The notes under the pieces are model-generated. The model ran no database searches, was not told the DNA's origin, and saw nothing but the letters and a program-made list of their open reading frames with translations. A DNA stretch of 64,000 bases, from assembly GCA_965263355.1 (NCBI GenBank), contig CBDHHL010000025.1:101803-165802 (forward strand), given 5' to 3'. Position 1 is the stretch's first letter; every line of letters starts with the position of its first letter. The DNA comes from Leptolyngbyaceae cyanobacterium. Its GTDB lineage: Bacteria > Cyanobacteriota > Cyanobacteriia > Phormidesmidales > Phormidesmidaceae. Shown here in pieces: positions 11,156 to 21,912 of the stretch. The position numbers and the translations under genes are program-made.

Positions 11156-14100
11156 CTAAGTCGATTCTGAGTCATAACAGCGGGTGTCAAACAAGTCTGG
11201 TGGTGTTGTCGTTGCACCACGTAGATATATCCCTCCATCAGCGGTTCTCTCCCAACCAATGGGTTCTATGATATGTTCTGGTGATTTGTTGGTTTCCACA
11301 CTATTTTCTACAAGAGGTGTTGTTTCTGAAGAACTACTCTGAACATTGGACGCGTCGGGACCAAAGTCTTCTAACAAGTTTAAATCTGTGGTTGATTCGT
11401 CGGGACTTAAGGGTAGTCCTCCTCGACCTTCAATGATAAATTCGCTATCGCTACGGCGGGCTAGTAAACTACAGCGGCGGTCAATCAGCCCGCTAGGATC
11501 GGTAAGGTCGATAGGTAAATCAGTAGCGCCTTGATCAGTGGCTAAATCAGTAAGGTCAAGACCACCAGGGTTACCAAAGGCAGAATCCGCTGAAATATCT
11601 ACTCGGTCATTGGTGCGAAAGGGTTCAAAACTACCAGGATTGCGCCCCACTGGGGTGGCTTGGCCACTGGCAAAAATCCCGGCAAGAAATGCGGGGGTAT
11701 TGATAACAATATCTCCACCGGGACCAAATTCAGCATTGGCAAGAATATCACTGTTTTCAATGGCGACAAAGGCACCCCCAGCTTGAATTTCAATGTTACC
11801 ACCACCACCTGTGCTATCAAAAACACTAGTACTGAGGAGGCTACCATTGCGGAGAAATACCACACCCTGACGGGGAACAGGCGCGTTAATGGTAATGTTG
11901 CCACCACCTGAAAGGTCCGAGTTTGCAGATACTTCACCCGCATCTACATAAAAACGATCACTGACATTGACATCAATATCGCCTGCGAAGCCAGTTCCCA
12001 AGGCTTGGCTGACAATCTGAGCCTGATTATTGAGATCTAGCTGCTGGGTAGATAGTTCTATATCACCACCATTCCCGGTACTGTCGATAGTACTGATTGA
12101 TGTAAGGCCGCTAAATATTCTAGTAACCTCATCAGGATTGTCAACAACACTTCTAAAATCATCCACTTCAGGAAAGATGGAGGCTAACTGATCAAAAAGT
12201 TCAGGGTTCTCGATAAATGCTCTAAATACAGGATTTACAGCCCAAATTTCGAGTATTTCTTCATTGGTAATATCGATGAAACCACTAATAGTAATAGATT
12301 CTCCCGAATTAATTTGAATATCTCCTCCATTACCAGCCGCCGCTGTACTTGCTGAGATTCGACTACCGGTCTCTACTAACAATCGCAGTGTATCAATAAA
12401 AATATCACCGGATGCGGAGTTACCCTCATTGGCAACAGTTTGTATGGCACTAAAATTTCTTAACTCCACTGCATCTGACGCATTAATGCGTATGGTGCCA
12501 CCCTGGCCATTCGGGCCAAGTGCACTAGTACTAATCTCTCCCACATTGTCCAACTGTATAAGCCTAGCCGTCAACGTTAAGTCACCTGCTAGAGACCGTT
12601 CTGAAGCCTCAGAACTAAAGCTATCAGAACCAATTTGGGCACGATTCGCTATGCGAATGATATTGTTTGCTTGAATATTAAGGTTACTGCCACGGGCTAA
12701 AGATGTACTGTTACCAGTGATTGCTGAACCATTACTGACAATAATATCATTTGCCCTAATGGCTGCTACCCCTCCATCTCCCTCGGCTTCACCAACAGCA
12801 ATTATGGCAATACCACCACTGTCATTAACCATTAACTGATCATCAACTTGTAGATTGAGGTTACCAATACGACCTACGGTAATAGAGCCTGCAATTTCTT
12901 CACTCTGACTTCGCGTTATATTGATCTCAGCGTTGTCTTGAATAGTCACGTTTCCAGCTGAGATAGAGACATTCCCCCCCGCACCCTCTGCAGCATTAAT
13001 AGAGAAAAGACGACTTTCGTTCTGTAGGGTTAACCCATCATCAACCTGAATATTGATATCTCCTCCATCTCCGCTACCAGCAACCAGATTAGTAAGCCGA
13101 GCCCCATTTGCTATGGTCATTTGGTTAGCTGTTATGTTGAGCTGGCTACCGGAACCTGAAGACTCTAATGCACTACCTGTATAAATGCCACTGGGATCAT
13201 CGCCATCAGATTGTACCTGGGGAGTGCTAATGGGATTGTAACGAGGATAGAGTGCCTCATCTACAGCAGTCAGAATAGTATCCGCTACCGGACCAGAACG
13301 AATATAGTGGGTTATGCTGCCGCCTGTTTGATCGACAATTTCGGTCGCTTCACTGTTACGGTCAATCCCACCCCCAGGTCCATGAACATTTACCGCTGCA
13401 ACGGTAATATTGTTATCGATCAGCGCATCAATTGCTTCTGCTCGATCAACTCGCGACTCCCGTGAGGGTTCATCCCCTAGCCAAACAATGATACGTTCTG
13501 CTTGTGGACGCCATTCAGTATCTTGGTCAGTACCAATTCCTTGATCAATATCTCCAATACCAATACCATCAGTCGGACCACCTGATGTGGCTATTTGGTG
13601 TAATGCAAAAAAGTTTGCTTCATTGGGTTCCCCAGCCCTAGATAAACAACTGTCTTCTGAGCAAGTAATAATATTACCTGAAACCCATCCGTTAATAGCC
13701 GTTCGAACAGTTTCAATATCAGCTGAAATAGGAGTTTGCTGCTGGTAGGCTCCCTCTTGCGTATCGTTGTAATGGAATAAGTAATAACCAACACCGTAGT
13801 TAACATCGGCATTGGCAAAGCGAGGGTCCCCCCCTGACAATGCATCTAAAATCAAACCTGCATTTTGTTGTACCGCTCTGATGGCCCCTCCCATACTGGC
13901 TGTGTTATCGGCTACGAAAAAAACGTCAATTTCGCCAACAACTGATGTGACTGGAATATCGGCATCAGGCAGGGGATCACCGGCTGCCTGTCCCTGAATC
14001 AAAATCTCATCTTGAATATCCAGATTAATATCGCCTGCATCTCCTTCGGATCCAACACCTAGGCGGTTATATAGAAGCCCTCCATCTAATAAACGCAGAT

Positions 14101-16033
14101 TGCGGGCAGATACGTTAATATCTCCACCATCACCATTAGCTTCAGCAAAAACGCCATTGGTAATCGCACTATTAATTCTCACATCAGTTTCAACTAATGG
14201 CGCATCTCGGACAACTAAGTCATTTTCTATAGTGAGGTTAATGTTGCCACTATTTCCTTCACCCAGAACGCCCGCATAAATGCCTGCACCATGGGAAATA
14301 GTAAGATTTTCGGCATTGATATTGATATCACCACTATTTGCGATCGCACTCGATTCAACAACATTAACAATACGAGTATCATCCCCTCGCATAATCATGT
14401 CATTGCTCAAATTAATCGTAATGTCGCCACTATCTTTAGTCCCACTCGTACTCCCATCGATCTGGGTGTGATTGTCTAACAATAGGCTACGACCGATAAT
14501 ATCAATATTGCCACCAGTTCCATCACCATCCCCTAACGCTTGGATAACAGAACGCTCTTTGAGAACTATATCCCCGTCAGCCAGCAGCACTACGTTACCG
14601 CTATCGCCACTATCGTCAGTCGATAAAGCACTCGTTCGCAATGAGCCATAGTGGTCGATAGCAATATTGTTTTGAGAGTCTAGGAAAATATCACCGCCAC
14701 CCTCGCGATTACGGGTATCAATCACCCGCACATTAATATCTCCAGACAAGGCTGAATTGGGCTGATACTGATTGGTCAAAAGCACCAATCCATCGGTCTC
14801 ATCAATGTTGACCCGATCAATAGAAATATCAGCAGACGTCGCCGTATTCGCAACCGTCAAATCGTTGGGGGCAGGCGTTCCTACAATGCCTACGGCACCC
14901 ACATCGGTAGTTCCCGCCCGCACATCCAATGTAGGCTGCTGTTGCCCATTTATTGCAACACTGGTCGTCCCATCTGCCAGAGCCTGAGACAGATTAACCG
15001 TTTCCACCAATCCGTTAGTGACATCAGCTCCCGTAATCGTAATGTTATTAGCAGTAACCGAGCCCCCAGCCAGAATATGCAATGAAGCCCCCTCGTAGTC
15101 TTCAAAGGAGACATTCCCAACACTCCGAATAATCGGATCGTTAGGACTGAGAAAACTACCGGGACTACCGTCTAACTTTTGAATCTGAAAGCTGCCCCCA
15201 CTCTGGAAATGACCATCACCCACAATGGTGCCATCGGACCGTAGCGTGAGATTACCATTACTAGCCAACAGACTATTGGGCTGAGCCAGAGCATCAACCA
15301 CAATTTCATCCGTTGCTTGCACCAGCAGATCGCCCCCCGCTACCACTAACAATGGCAGCAACGTATCGTCCGTCAGGGCTGCCGTATCAGTGGCCCGGAG
15401 AACAATATCCCCATCAGCCGTCAGTGAACCAGCAATGTCAATATTCGCTGTATCTAACAGCAAATTGTCCCCCACTGCCAAGTCAGCCTGACTAGTGATC
15501 TGACTGCGTTGGGCCGCACTATATTGCAGCCCTGGGGTGAGCCCAACGGTTAGTAACGGGGGCGTTTCAGGGGTAACAGCACTGTAGACATCACTCCCAA
15601 AATCAAATTCATCCGCCGTACTGATTACCAAAGACCCCTCAATATCTAAGGTGGCATTGGCCCCAAATACTACACCGTGAGGATTAAGAAAAAATAAATT
15701 GGCAGGGCCATCCACACCCAATATTCCAAGAATTTCAGACGATTGGGTCCCAGTCACCCGACTCAAAATCGTGTTGATATCGGCAGGGTTAGCAAAGTAG
15801 ACCCGCTGCAATTCACCAATATTAAAATCTTCAAAGCTATGGAATAGGTTTTCACCCCGCTGGGCTCCGCCTTCGATCAGATCAGCGGGGGCTCCCCGAA
15901 CAATGGCAGAATTAACCTGGCTAGACTCAGCCCCAAGTGTGGTGTCTGGGGTAACTTGTGCGATCGCAACCTGCCCTATGCCCAAACTACTTGCTAAAAC
16001 GTAAGCATAAGGCACCAGAGACCATCGCATCAT
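11156..16033 (-). CDS. Filamentous haemagglutinin-like TpsA exoprotein with inserted vWA-like domain
   Basis: Signal peptide, TPS domain (NLFHSFEDFN, LFFLNPHGVVFG), GxGGxIxI beta-helix repeats, cyanobacterial C-terminus (FIIEGRGGLP, GWER). Confidence 0.92.
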   Translation of the reverse strand: MMRWSLVPYAYVLASSLGIGQVAIAQVTPDTTLGAESSQVNSAIVRGAPADLIEGGAQRGENLFHSFEDFNIGELQRVYFANPADINTILSRVTGTQSSEILGILGVDGPANLFFLNPHGVVFGANATLDIEGSLVISTADEFDFGSDVYSAVTPETPPLLTVGLTPGLQYSAAQRSQITSQADLAVGDNLLLDTANIDIAGSLTADGDIVLRATDTAALTDDTLLPLLVVAGGDLLVQATDEIVVDALAQPNSLLASNGNLTLRSDGTIVGDGHFQSGGSFQIQKLDGSPGSFLSPNDPIIRSVGNVSFEDYEGASLHILAGGSVTANNITITGADVTNGLVETVNLSQALADGTTSVAINGQQQPTLDVRAGTTDVGAVGIVGTPAPNDLTVANTATSADISIDRVNIDETDGLVLLTNQYQPNSALSGDINVRVIDTRNREGGGDIFLDSQNNIAIDHYGSLRTSALSTDDSGDSGNVVLLADGDIVLKERSVIQALGDGDGTGGNIDIIGRSLLLDNHTQIDGSTSGTKDSGDITINLSNDMIMRGDDTRIVNVVESSAIANSGDININAENLTISHGAGIYAGVLGEGNSGNINLTIENDLVVRDAPLVETDVRINSAITNGVFAEANGDGGDINVSARNLRLLDGGLLYNRLGVGSEGDAGDINLDIQDEILIQGQAAGDPLPDADIPVTSVVGEIDVFFVADNTASMGGAIRAVQQNAGLILDALSGGDPRFANADVNYGVGYYLFHYNDTQEGAYQQQTPISADIETVRTAINGWVSGNIITCSEDSCLSRAGEPNEANFFALHQIATSGGPTDGIGIGDIDQGIGTDQDTEWRPQAERIIVWLGDEPSRESRVDRAEAIDALIDNNITVAAVNVHGPGGGIDRNSEATEIVDQTGGSITHYIRSGPVADTILTAVDEALYPRYNPISTPQVQSDGDDPSGIYTGSALESSGSGSQLNITANQMTIANGARLTNLVAGSGDGGDINIQVDDGLTLQNESRLFSINAAEGAGGNVSISAGNVTIQDNAEINITRSQSEEIAGSITVGRIGNLNLQVDDQLMVNDSGGIAIIAVGEAEGDGGVAAIRANDIIVSNGSAITGNSTSLARGSNLNIQANNIIRIANRAQIGSDSFSSEASERSLAGDLTLTARLIQLDNVGEISTSALGPNGQGGTIRINASDAVELRNFSAIQTVANEGNSASGDIFIDTLRLLVETGSRISASTAAAGNGGDIQINSGESITISGFIDITNEEILEIWAVNPVFRAFIENPELFDQLASIFPEVDDFRSVVDNPDEVTRIFSGLTSISTIDSTGNGGDIELSTQQLDLNNQAQIVSQALGTGFAGDIDVNVSDRFYVDAGEVSANSDLSGGGNITINAPVPRQGVVFLRNGSLLSTSVFDSTGGGGNIEIQAGGAFVAIENSDILANAEFGPGGDIVINTPAFLAGIFASGQATPVGRNPGSFEPFRTNDRVDISADSAFGNPGGLDLTDLATDQGATDLPIDLTDPSGLIDRRCSLLARRSDSEFIIEGRGGLPLSPDESTTDLNLLEDFGPDASNVQSSSSETTPLVENSVETNKSPEHIIEPIGWERTADGGIYLRGATTTPPDLFDTRCYDSEST

Positions 16034-16285
16034 GGGTATAACACTCCTGAAAAATTAGGGAAAATGGGTCGTTAACTCAACATCGTTACCAGGTTTAAGC
16101 AAGACGTCCTAGCATCTTCGCTCTCCATGTATATGGGGAATTCTCTTGAAATATGCGTAACTGGACAATGCGTAATTTTCCGGATAGTATCATCCTTTTT
16201 TGAAGAGGCCAAAGCTTAAAACTATGGAGCCTGTTCTTTACGGAAGCTTCATAGTTCTGAACGTATATCTACTTATTCAAGTGGC

Positions 16286-18013
16286 TCAGAAAATCTCACC
16301 AGAAATCGTAAATAGCACCCCACTTTCCTGTAGAGAACTGCCCTCAGATGTATTGTTCAGCAATGGAAAGCCAACATCAACCCGAGCATTGATACGGTCG
16401 CCGATTTGCCACAATAGGCCAGTCCCAACGCTCAGTAAATCGTCAGGGTCTTCCCGTAAACCCTGGTTCCAGCCAATGCCATAATCTACAAAGGGAGCCA
16501 GCTGCAAGGTACTATCCCAAGCGGCGATAGTCGCTAGCGGGAAACGATATTCTAGGGAGGCAAATAAACCACTATCTGCCGTTTCGCGGTCCTGGCGATA
16601 GCCCCGTACGCTACCCTGTCCTCCTAAACGAAACTGTTCTAGGGAAGGCAGGGATTGATTGGCAACCTGTCCCCCCAAGCGGCTGACGAGCAAATGTTTG
16701 TTGTCAAAGATTTTGACCCACTGGGCCTGTCCCTGCCAGCTCAGAAATTCACTGTCGGGCAGGGGGGATGGATTTTGGGTGGCGTCGAATATGGGTAAGC
16801 CCAGGCTAAACTGCGATCGCAATGCCAATACTTCTGTGGGTTGCCGTCTGGTCCAGACTTGCTCAAACCGCAGTGCAGACACCCGAGTTTTGCCATCCTG
16901 TGCCCCCAACGATGGAAACGGTAGCTTTTCCGCATCCGGCAACTGAAACGTACTACTAGATGTGCGTCGATCAAATGACAGGGACAGGGCCAATTCTTCG
17001 GTTGGGCGCTGAATCAGCGGGTGACGCAGAGTAACAGTAAAATTGCTAGATTCTGACCGAATATCTAGAATTTCAAAGTCATCGCTGATAATTTTGCTGT
17101 TGGTAAAACCGCCATCGAGCCGCAGTGTCGTATTGTAGGGACTAAGCGGGAGTTCATAGCTGGTGTTGATAGTATAACTGCCCGCTGTCCGGCTAAACCC
17201 AAGGGAGAGTTCATCGCCTATCCCCAAAAGGTTATTATCGGCAACGGTTAGCTGTTGTCGAAAACTACCAACGGAGGGAGACCGGCCATTATCTACTGTG
17301 ATAATCCCCTGTCTCCGTTTAGCTTCGGTTACCTCTAATTCAAGAATGCTGCTCCCTGTCTGGGTGCCTTCGGTCAGATTAGCTGAAATACTTTCAATTA
17401 ACGGATCAATTTGAAGGAGCTGTAGGGCCGTGATTAAGCGATTTACGTTGAGGGGAGCGGGGGTTGCGATCTCAATCCGACTACGGACATAACCAGAATT
17501 CAGATGTTTTAGCCCCTCTACCTCAATCGCTTCCAAATTACCCTCAATTACCTGAATCTCAACAATACCATCCCTAATATCTTGATCAACTGGCAGAAAT
17601 GCCCCCGATGACACATATCCAGCGTCTACATAAAGATCGGTAATGGCCGCTCGAGCCTTTAAGAGTTGAGAAAACTGTATTTCACCCAAGTAAGGACTTG
17701 TTGCTGCAGCCAGTTCGTCAGGGGTAAATACCGTACTACCCAGTACTTGATAGTCTCTTACGGTAACAGTATCGAGGGTATCTAATTCTGGTGGAGCAAT
17801 CTCCCCTGTTGGGATATCAGACGATGGCAGAAGTTCATCTAATGAGGGTAATGGCTCAGGAATAGGAATTGGTTCAGGCTCAGTGGGGGGTAATGGTAAA
17901 GAATCGAAAGAAGGGGATGGTTCAGATTGAGCGGTTTGTCCCTTGACTATTAATGGGTATATCAATACTAAGAAATTTATCAGCAGAAGAGTTAAACTCT
18001 GTCGGAAAACCAT
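16286..18013 (-). CDS. ShlB/FhaC/HecB-family TpsB transporter
   Basis: POTRA region (ITDLYVDAGYVSSGA, VIEG), LGGQGSVRGY barrel motif, terminal Phe, directly upstream of TpsA. Confidence 0.93.
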   Translation of the reverse strand: MVFRQSLTLLLINFLVLIYPLIVKGQTAQSEPSPSFDSLPLPPTEPEPIPIPEPLPSLDELLPSSDIPTGEIAPPELDTLDTVTVRDYQVLGSTVFTPDELAAATSPYLGEIQFSQLLKARAAITDLYVDAGYVSSGAFLPVDQDIRDGIVEIQVIEGNLEAIEVEGLKHLNSGYVRSRIEIATPAPLNVNRLITALQLLQIDPLIESISANLTEGTQTGSSILELEVTEAKRRQGIITVDNGRSPSVGSFRQQLTVADNNLLGIGDELSLGFSRTAGSYTINTSYELPLSPYNTTLRLDGGFTNSKIISDDFEILDIRSESSNFTVTLRHPLIQRPTEELALSLSFDRRTSSSTFQLPDAEKLPFPSLGAQDGKTRVSALRFEQVWTRRQPTEVLALRSQFSLGLPIFDATQNPSPLPDSEFLSWQGQAQWVKIFDNKHLLVSRLGGQVANQSLPSLEQFRLGGQGSVRGYRQDRETADSGLFASLEYRFPLATIAAWDSTLQLAPFVDYGIGWNQGLREDPDDLLSVGTGLLWQIGDRINARVDVGFPLLNNTSEGSSLQESGVLFTISGEIF

Positions 18014-18310
18014 AAGTACTTATGATTATAATTGGCTGTCCTTAATAGAGAAAACTTACCATGTTTACGCTTTGCATTCCTATCCCCTGATTTCTGCTCG
18101 AAAAGCAACCAAGATAGAGCGTAAACAATATCAAAGTTTTGTCCTATGAGAGACGACCATGATTTTTCATCATCAGTTCTTAATCCCTATCTGAGTAAAC
18201 TGGAAGAAAAGGTCGTTAATACCATTGCCTGTTCGTTAACGTGGTGCCATCTCCTCTACACAAATTGATTGTGGCTATAATTGAGGTAGGTTTACATAGG
18301 AGCAGGAGGC

Positions 18311-18652
18311 GTGACCAGTATCCAGGGGCGTCTTGGGTCAGAACGCTACATTAATTTACTGACTGATTTCGGCTTTAAGCGGGTATTTGGCACTGAACCC
18401 AATAAAGCTTTGCTGATGGACTTTCTAAATACCGTTTTGCCCCAGCAGCATCGCATCCAAGACCTGAGCTTCCGCAATAATGAAAATGTGGGGAATACTG
18501 AGAGCGATCGCAAAGCTATTTTTGATATCTATTGCGAAAGCGAACAGGGCGAACGCTTTATTGTAGAACTGCAAAAGGCCAAACAAAATTATTTTAATGA
18601 TTGCAGTGTTTATTACGCCACGTTTCCGATTTCTTCAATGTATTCTACCTGA
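18311..18652 (+). pseudogene. Rpn-family / PD-(D/E)XK nuclease family transposase, truncated
   Basis: YINLLTDFGFKRVFG..RKAIFDIYC..FIVELQKAKQ..SVYYATFPI, after which similarity is lost. Confidence 0.8.
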
Positions 18653-18954
18653 GCAGTGGCAGGCGAAACTGCCAATCCCAATGTCAAAAATAATGTAAAT
18701 AGTATGGACTTCATAGACCTTCTTTTAGATGCTGTACTGAGCAAAACTCAATGCCGTATTGACAATGTTATCCATAAGATTACCCCAACCTTCCTGCAGG
18801 CTAAAGGAACAGTTGAGCTGATGAATATTGGATTTGCGATCCAGAAAGACATGCCGTAGAAATCTTTCAACGTTCTTTTGCTAGAAATATAACCAAGAAC
18901 TATGTTTTGCCGTAGAGGCATTCCATGGAGCGCCACTACAGAATTATCTTTGGG

Positions 18955-21843
18955 TTAAGCCAACTGCCGCTTAATTAGTTCAGCAAAGACGCCTGGTTGT
19001 TTCGCCAACTCATCAAAGTTACCCACCTGTACGACCTGGCCTGCCTTGATCACATAAATACGATCAGCATTGCGAATCGTACTCAATCTGTGTGCTACAA
19101 CCACACGGGTAACATTAAGCCGATCAAGACTTTCACTAACAATCGCCTGGGTTTTATTATCTAACGCGCTAGTCGCCTCATCCAACAGCAACAGTTTTGG
19201 ATTAAGCGCCAATGCCCTCGCAATAATCAACCGCTGTCGCTGTCCCCCAGACAGATTCCCCCCGCCCTCACTAACTACCGTATGCAACTGCATCGGAAAA
19301 TTCCGTACATCCTCAGCAAAGCCTGCCATCTCAGCCGCTCGCCAGGCATCATCCTGAGTAATCAGCGCCCCACCGGAAATATTTTCAAAAATAGACCCAG
19401 CGCTAATATGGCCATTCTGCAATACCACCCCCAACTGTCTACGGATAGCAGTTAAATTCAGACCACACATATCCCGACCGTCATAGTAAACCGTCCCTGA
19501 ATGAGGATGCTCAAAGCCTAATAACAGTCGTAACACCGTCGACTTACCAGACCCAGATGGCCCTACTAAAGCAATAAATTCACCCGGCTTAGCCTCAACC
19601 GTAACACCGTCTAAAATCAGCGGGCCATCATCCCGATAGCGAAACGTAACCCGGTCAACACAAAAAGCACCCGTTAACTGACCCGGATCCGTTTTTTCGG
19701 TAGTGACCTCAGGCGGTGCTTCCAAGATTGGCTGTGACCTCATCCACAACGGAATCACATCCATCACATCAATCATGGTCAAACTCAGATTGGTAACACC
19801 GCCAATAAAAATGGCAAAGGCCGCGTTAAAGGCCAAAAATCGTCCCGTTGTCAAGTTTAATGGTCCCACCAGGGTACTCGCCATCCAAAATAGAGCAATC
19901 GTCGTCACCGTAGGGATAATGCTATTAAACACATTGACTGAATCTTCCAGCCGCTGTGTGCTTAACTCTATTTGCAATAGTCGACGATACCGGTTACCCC
20001 ACTGGGCAAAGGCCCTCGACTCTGCCCCTGCAATCCGTAGCTTAGATACTCCATTAATTAGCTGCACCATCAGACCATACAGTTCACCCCGTAGCTCCAA
20101 CATCGGTCGCTGTTTCTTGAGTAACAACGCCCCAGAGGTCACCGTAACCACCATAATCAACAGTGCCACGGCTAAGGCGAGAACCGCTAACTTGGCACTG
20201 TAATAAAACAACAGTCCCAAATTCAGCAGCGCAAATGTTCCTGACAAAATTGCATCTAACGCCGAACCACTGAGCAACCGCCGAATAGACGTAATACTCG
20301 ATACCCGTGACAGTAAATCTCCCGTAGCATAGTCTCGGAAAAAGGATGTTTGTAATTTTAGTAACCGGTCCCAAACGGCGGCTTGCAGGGTTACATCAGA
20401 GCCAGTTTCCAGCCGCATGGTGGTAATCGCCTGCACCAACTGAAAACAGGCACGACCAATGGCTACAGCCACCAGTGCCAATCCAATTTGTAGTAGTAAA
20501 CCCGCACTACCAAAGGGAATCGCATCGTCTACCAGCACCGCTGTCATCTGGGGCAGCACCATTCCCAATAGGGTGACAACCACACCTGCTAAACCCATTA
20601 CCATCAGGTCTCGTTGACGTCCCTGAAAGGCAAACTTTAGCAAATCCCACGCAGTTAAATGCCCTTCCGGTAAGGGCCGATAGAACATAAATGCCACTGG
20701 TTCCAATGTCCTGGCTATTGCTTCATTGACCGCCACTCGCTTACCGGACGCCTCTAACATCTCATAGTGGGTTTGACGCACGGGTAACAACGCCACCGGT
20801 CGTCGTCCATCCTGGGTATAGGCCACCAAAGGGCCAACATCCTGTTGCCACCAGCGTCCTCGCAGTAATACTTGTCGTAATCGTAGCTGAGAGGCTCTAG
20901 CAATAGCTTCTAGGGGTTCCTTAACCTGTTGTGATTGCTCAGATTCTGCTGGGGGTTCAATGGTTACCCTCAAGGCATGGCCCACCGCTCCCGCTACTCT
21001 CAACAACGGTGTTTCTGCTAGCAAATAATCACCTGAACCAGGCTGTAATACTGAAACTAACCCCTGCAAAGTGGTTTCCGTGGCGTCTTGATTTAGTTGT
21101 TGTCGAGCCGTAAACTGTTGTTCTCCACGTTGTCGATCTGATTTCCACCCTTCTTCAATTACCTCCAGCGCATACTGATGGAAGAGATTTAATCCTTGAA
21201 GAAATTCTCCATAGGAGACCCTGGAACAAAGCTGTTCAGAGGAAGATATCTCTAAGTCTGCTGGTTGTTCTTTTGTTTGCACCCATGTCATCCGTGAAAC
21301 TGGAAACAGAGGAGAAGATGGCTCCAGGACAAAGTTTTCTCCATCTAGCCAATACGCTGAATTATTCTTAAGTTTTACCCACATCATGGTTGCTTTAGGG
21401 CTATATCCATCAGCGGGGGCCAAACTCAAGGGTCCAACACTATTTGAAAATTCTACAATCGATCTCCCAGGAAATCCCTTTACCTGGGTTAGGGCTTCCA
21501 CCCAGCGTTCAACCTGTCGCAGCAATGGCATGCCGACATGACCACAAATGTTGCCATTGCTATCTTCTGGCTTGGCTACCGGTTCGATTTCACTGGCTTC
21601 AAAGGCAACGGCGATAAAGGCTAGATTAAAGGGGTGAGCATCTGTGCCAACCATCACATCGCCCACATCCACCGTCCGTAGATAGCGCCGCTCACCCACG
21701 GGCTCTCCCTCTTTCCAGCCCACGGCAAAAATGCCTAAGCGCCCAGACTTGACGCGCCACAGCCCAAACTCCACCAGCGGGAAGACACCGTTACTATCGA
21801 TAGAATGAATGTTAGAGAGGTTTGGGGAATCTGCAAGAACCAT
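18955..21843 (-). CDS. NHLP bacteriocin-type ABC exporter permease/ATPase
   Basis: Long N-terminal domain, WWQQDVGPL, ABC TM domain, GPSGSGKST, LSGGQRQR, LLDEATSALD. Confidence 0.88.
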   Translation of the reverse strand: MVLADSPNLSNIHSIDSNGVFPLVEFGLWRVKSGRLGIFAVGWKEGEPVGERRYLRTVDVGDVMVGTDAHPFNLAFIAVAFEASEIEPVAKPEDSNGNICGHVGMPLLRQVERWVEALTQVKGFPGRSIVEFSNSVGPLSLAPADGYSPKATMMWVKLKNNSAYWLDGENFVLEPSSPLFPVSRMTWVQTKEQPADLEISSSEQLCSRVSYGEFLQGLNLFHQYALEVIEEGWKSDRQRGEQQFTARQQLNQDATETTLQGLVSVLQPGSGDYLLAETPLLRVAGAVGHALRVTIEPPAESEQSQQVKEPLEAIARASQLRLRQVLLRGRWWQQDVGPLVAYTQDGRRPVALLPVRQTHYEMLEASGKRVAVNEAIARTLEPVAFMFYRPLPEGHLTAWDLLKFAFQGRQRDLMVMGLAGVVVTLLGMVLPQMTAVLVDDAIPFGSAGLLLQIGLALVAVAIGRACFQLVQAITTMRLETGSDVTLQAAVWDRLLKLQTSFFRDYATGDLLSRVSSITSIRRLLSGSALDAILSGTFALLNLGLLFYYSAKLAVLALAVALLIMVVTVTSGALLLKKQRPMLELRGELYGLMVQLINGVSKLRIAGAESRAFAQWGNRYRRLLQIELSTQRLEDSVNVFNSIIPTVTTIALFWMASTLVGPLNLTTGRFLAFNAAFAIFIGGVTNLSLTMIDVMDVIPLWMRSQPILEAPPEVTTEKTDPGQLTGAFCVDRVTFRYRDDGPLILDGVTVEAKPGEFIALVGPSGSGKSTVLRLLLGFEHPHSGTVYYDGRDMCGLNLTAIRRQLGVVLQNGHISAGSIFENISGGALITQDDAWRAAEMAGFAEDVRNFPMQLHTVVSEGGGNLSGGQRQRLIIARALALNPKLLLLDEATSALDNKTQAIVSESLDRLNVTRVVVAHRLSTIRNADRIYVIKAGQVVQVGNFDELAKQPGVFAELIKRQLA

Positions 21844-21912
21844 AAGAATAACGGGTTTAACAGAGGAACAAGTGCGAATTAAATTTGAGAATTGACAATT
21901 GAAGACTTAAAA

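Noticed and set aside
18656..18936. Small ORFs as the NHLP precursor
   Set aside because: No double-glycine leader or NHLP/Nif11 similarity; they lie in pseudogene debris.
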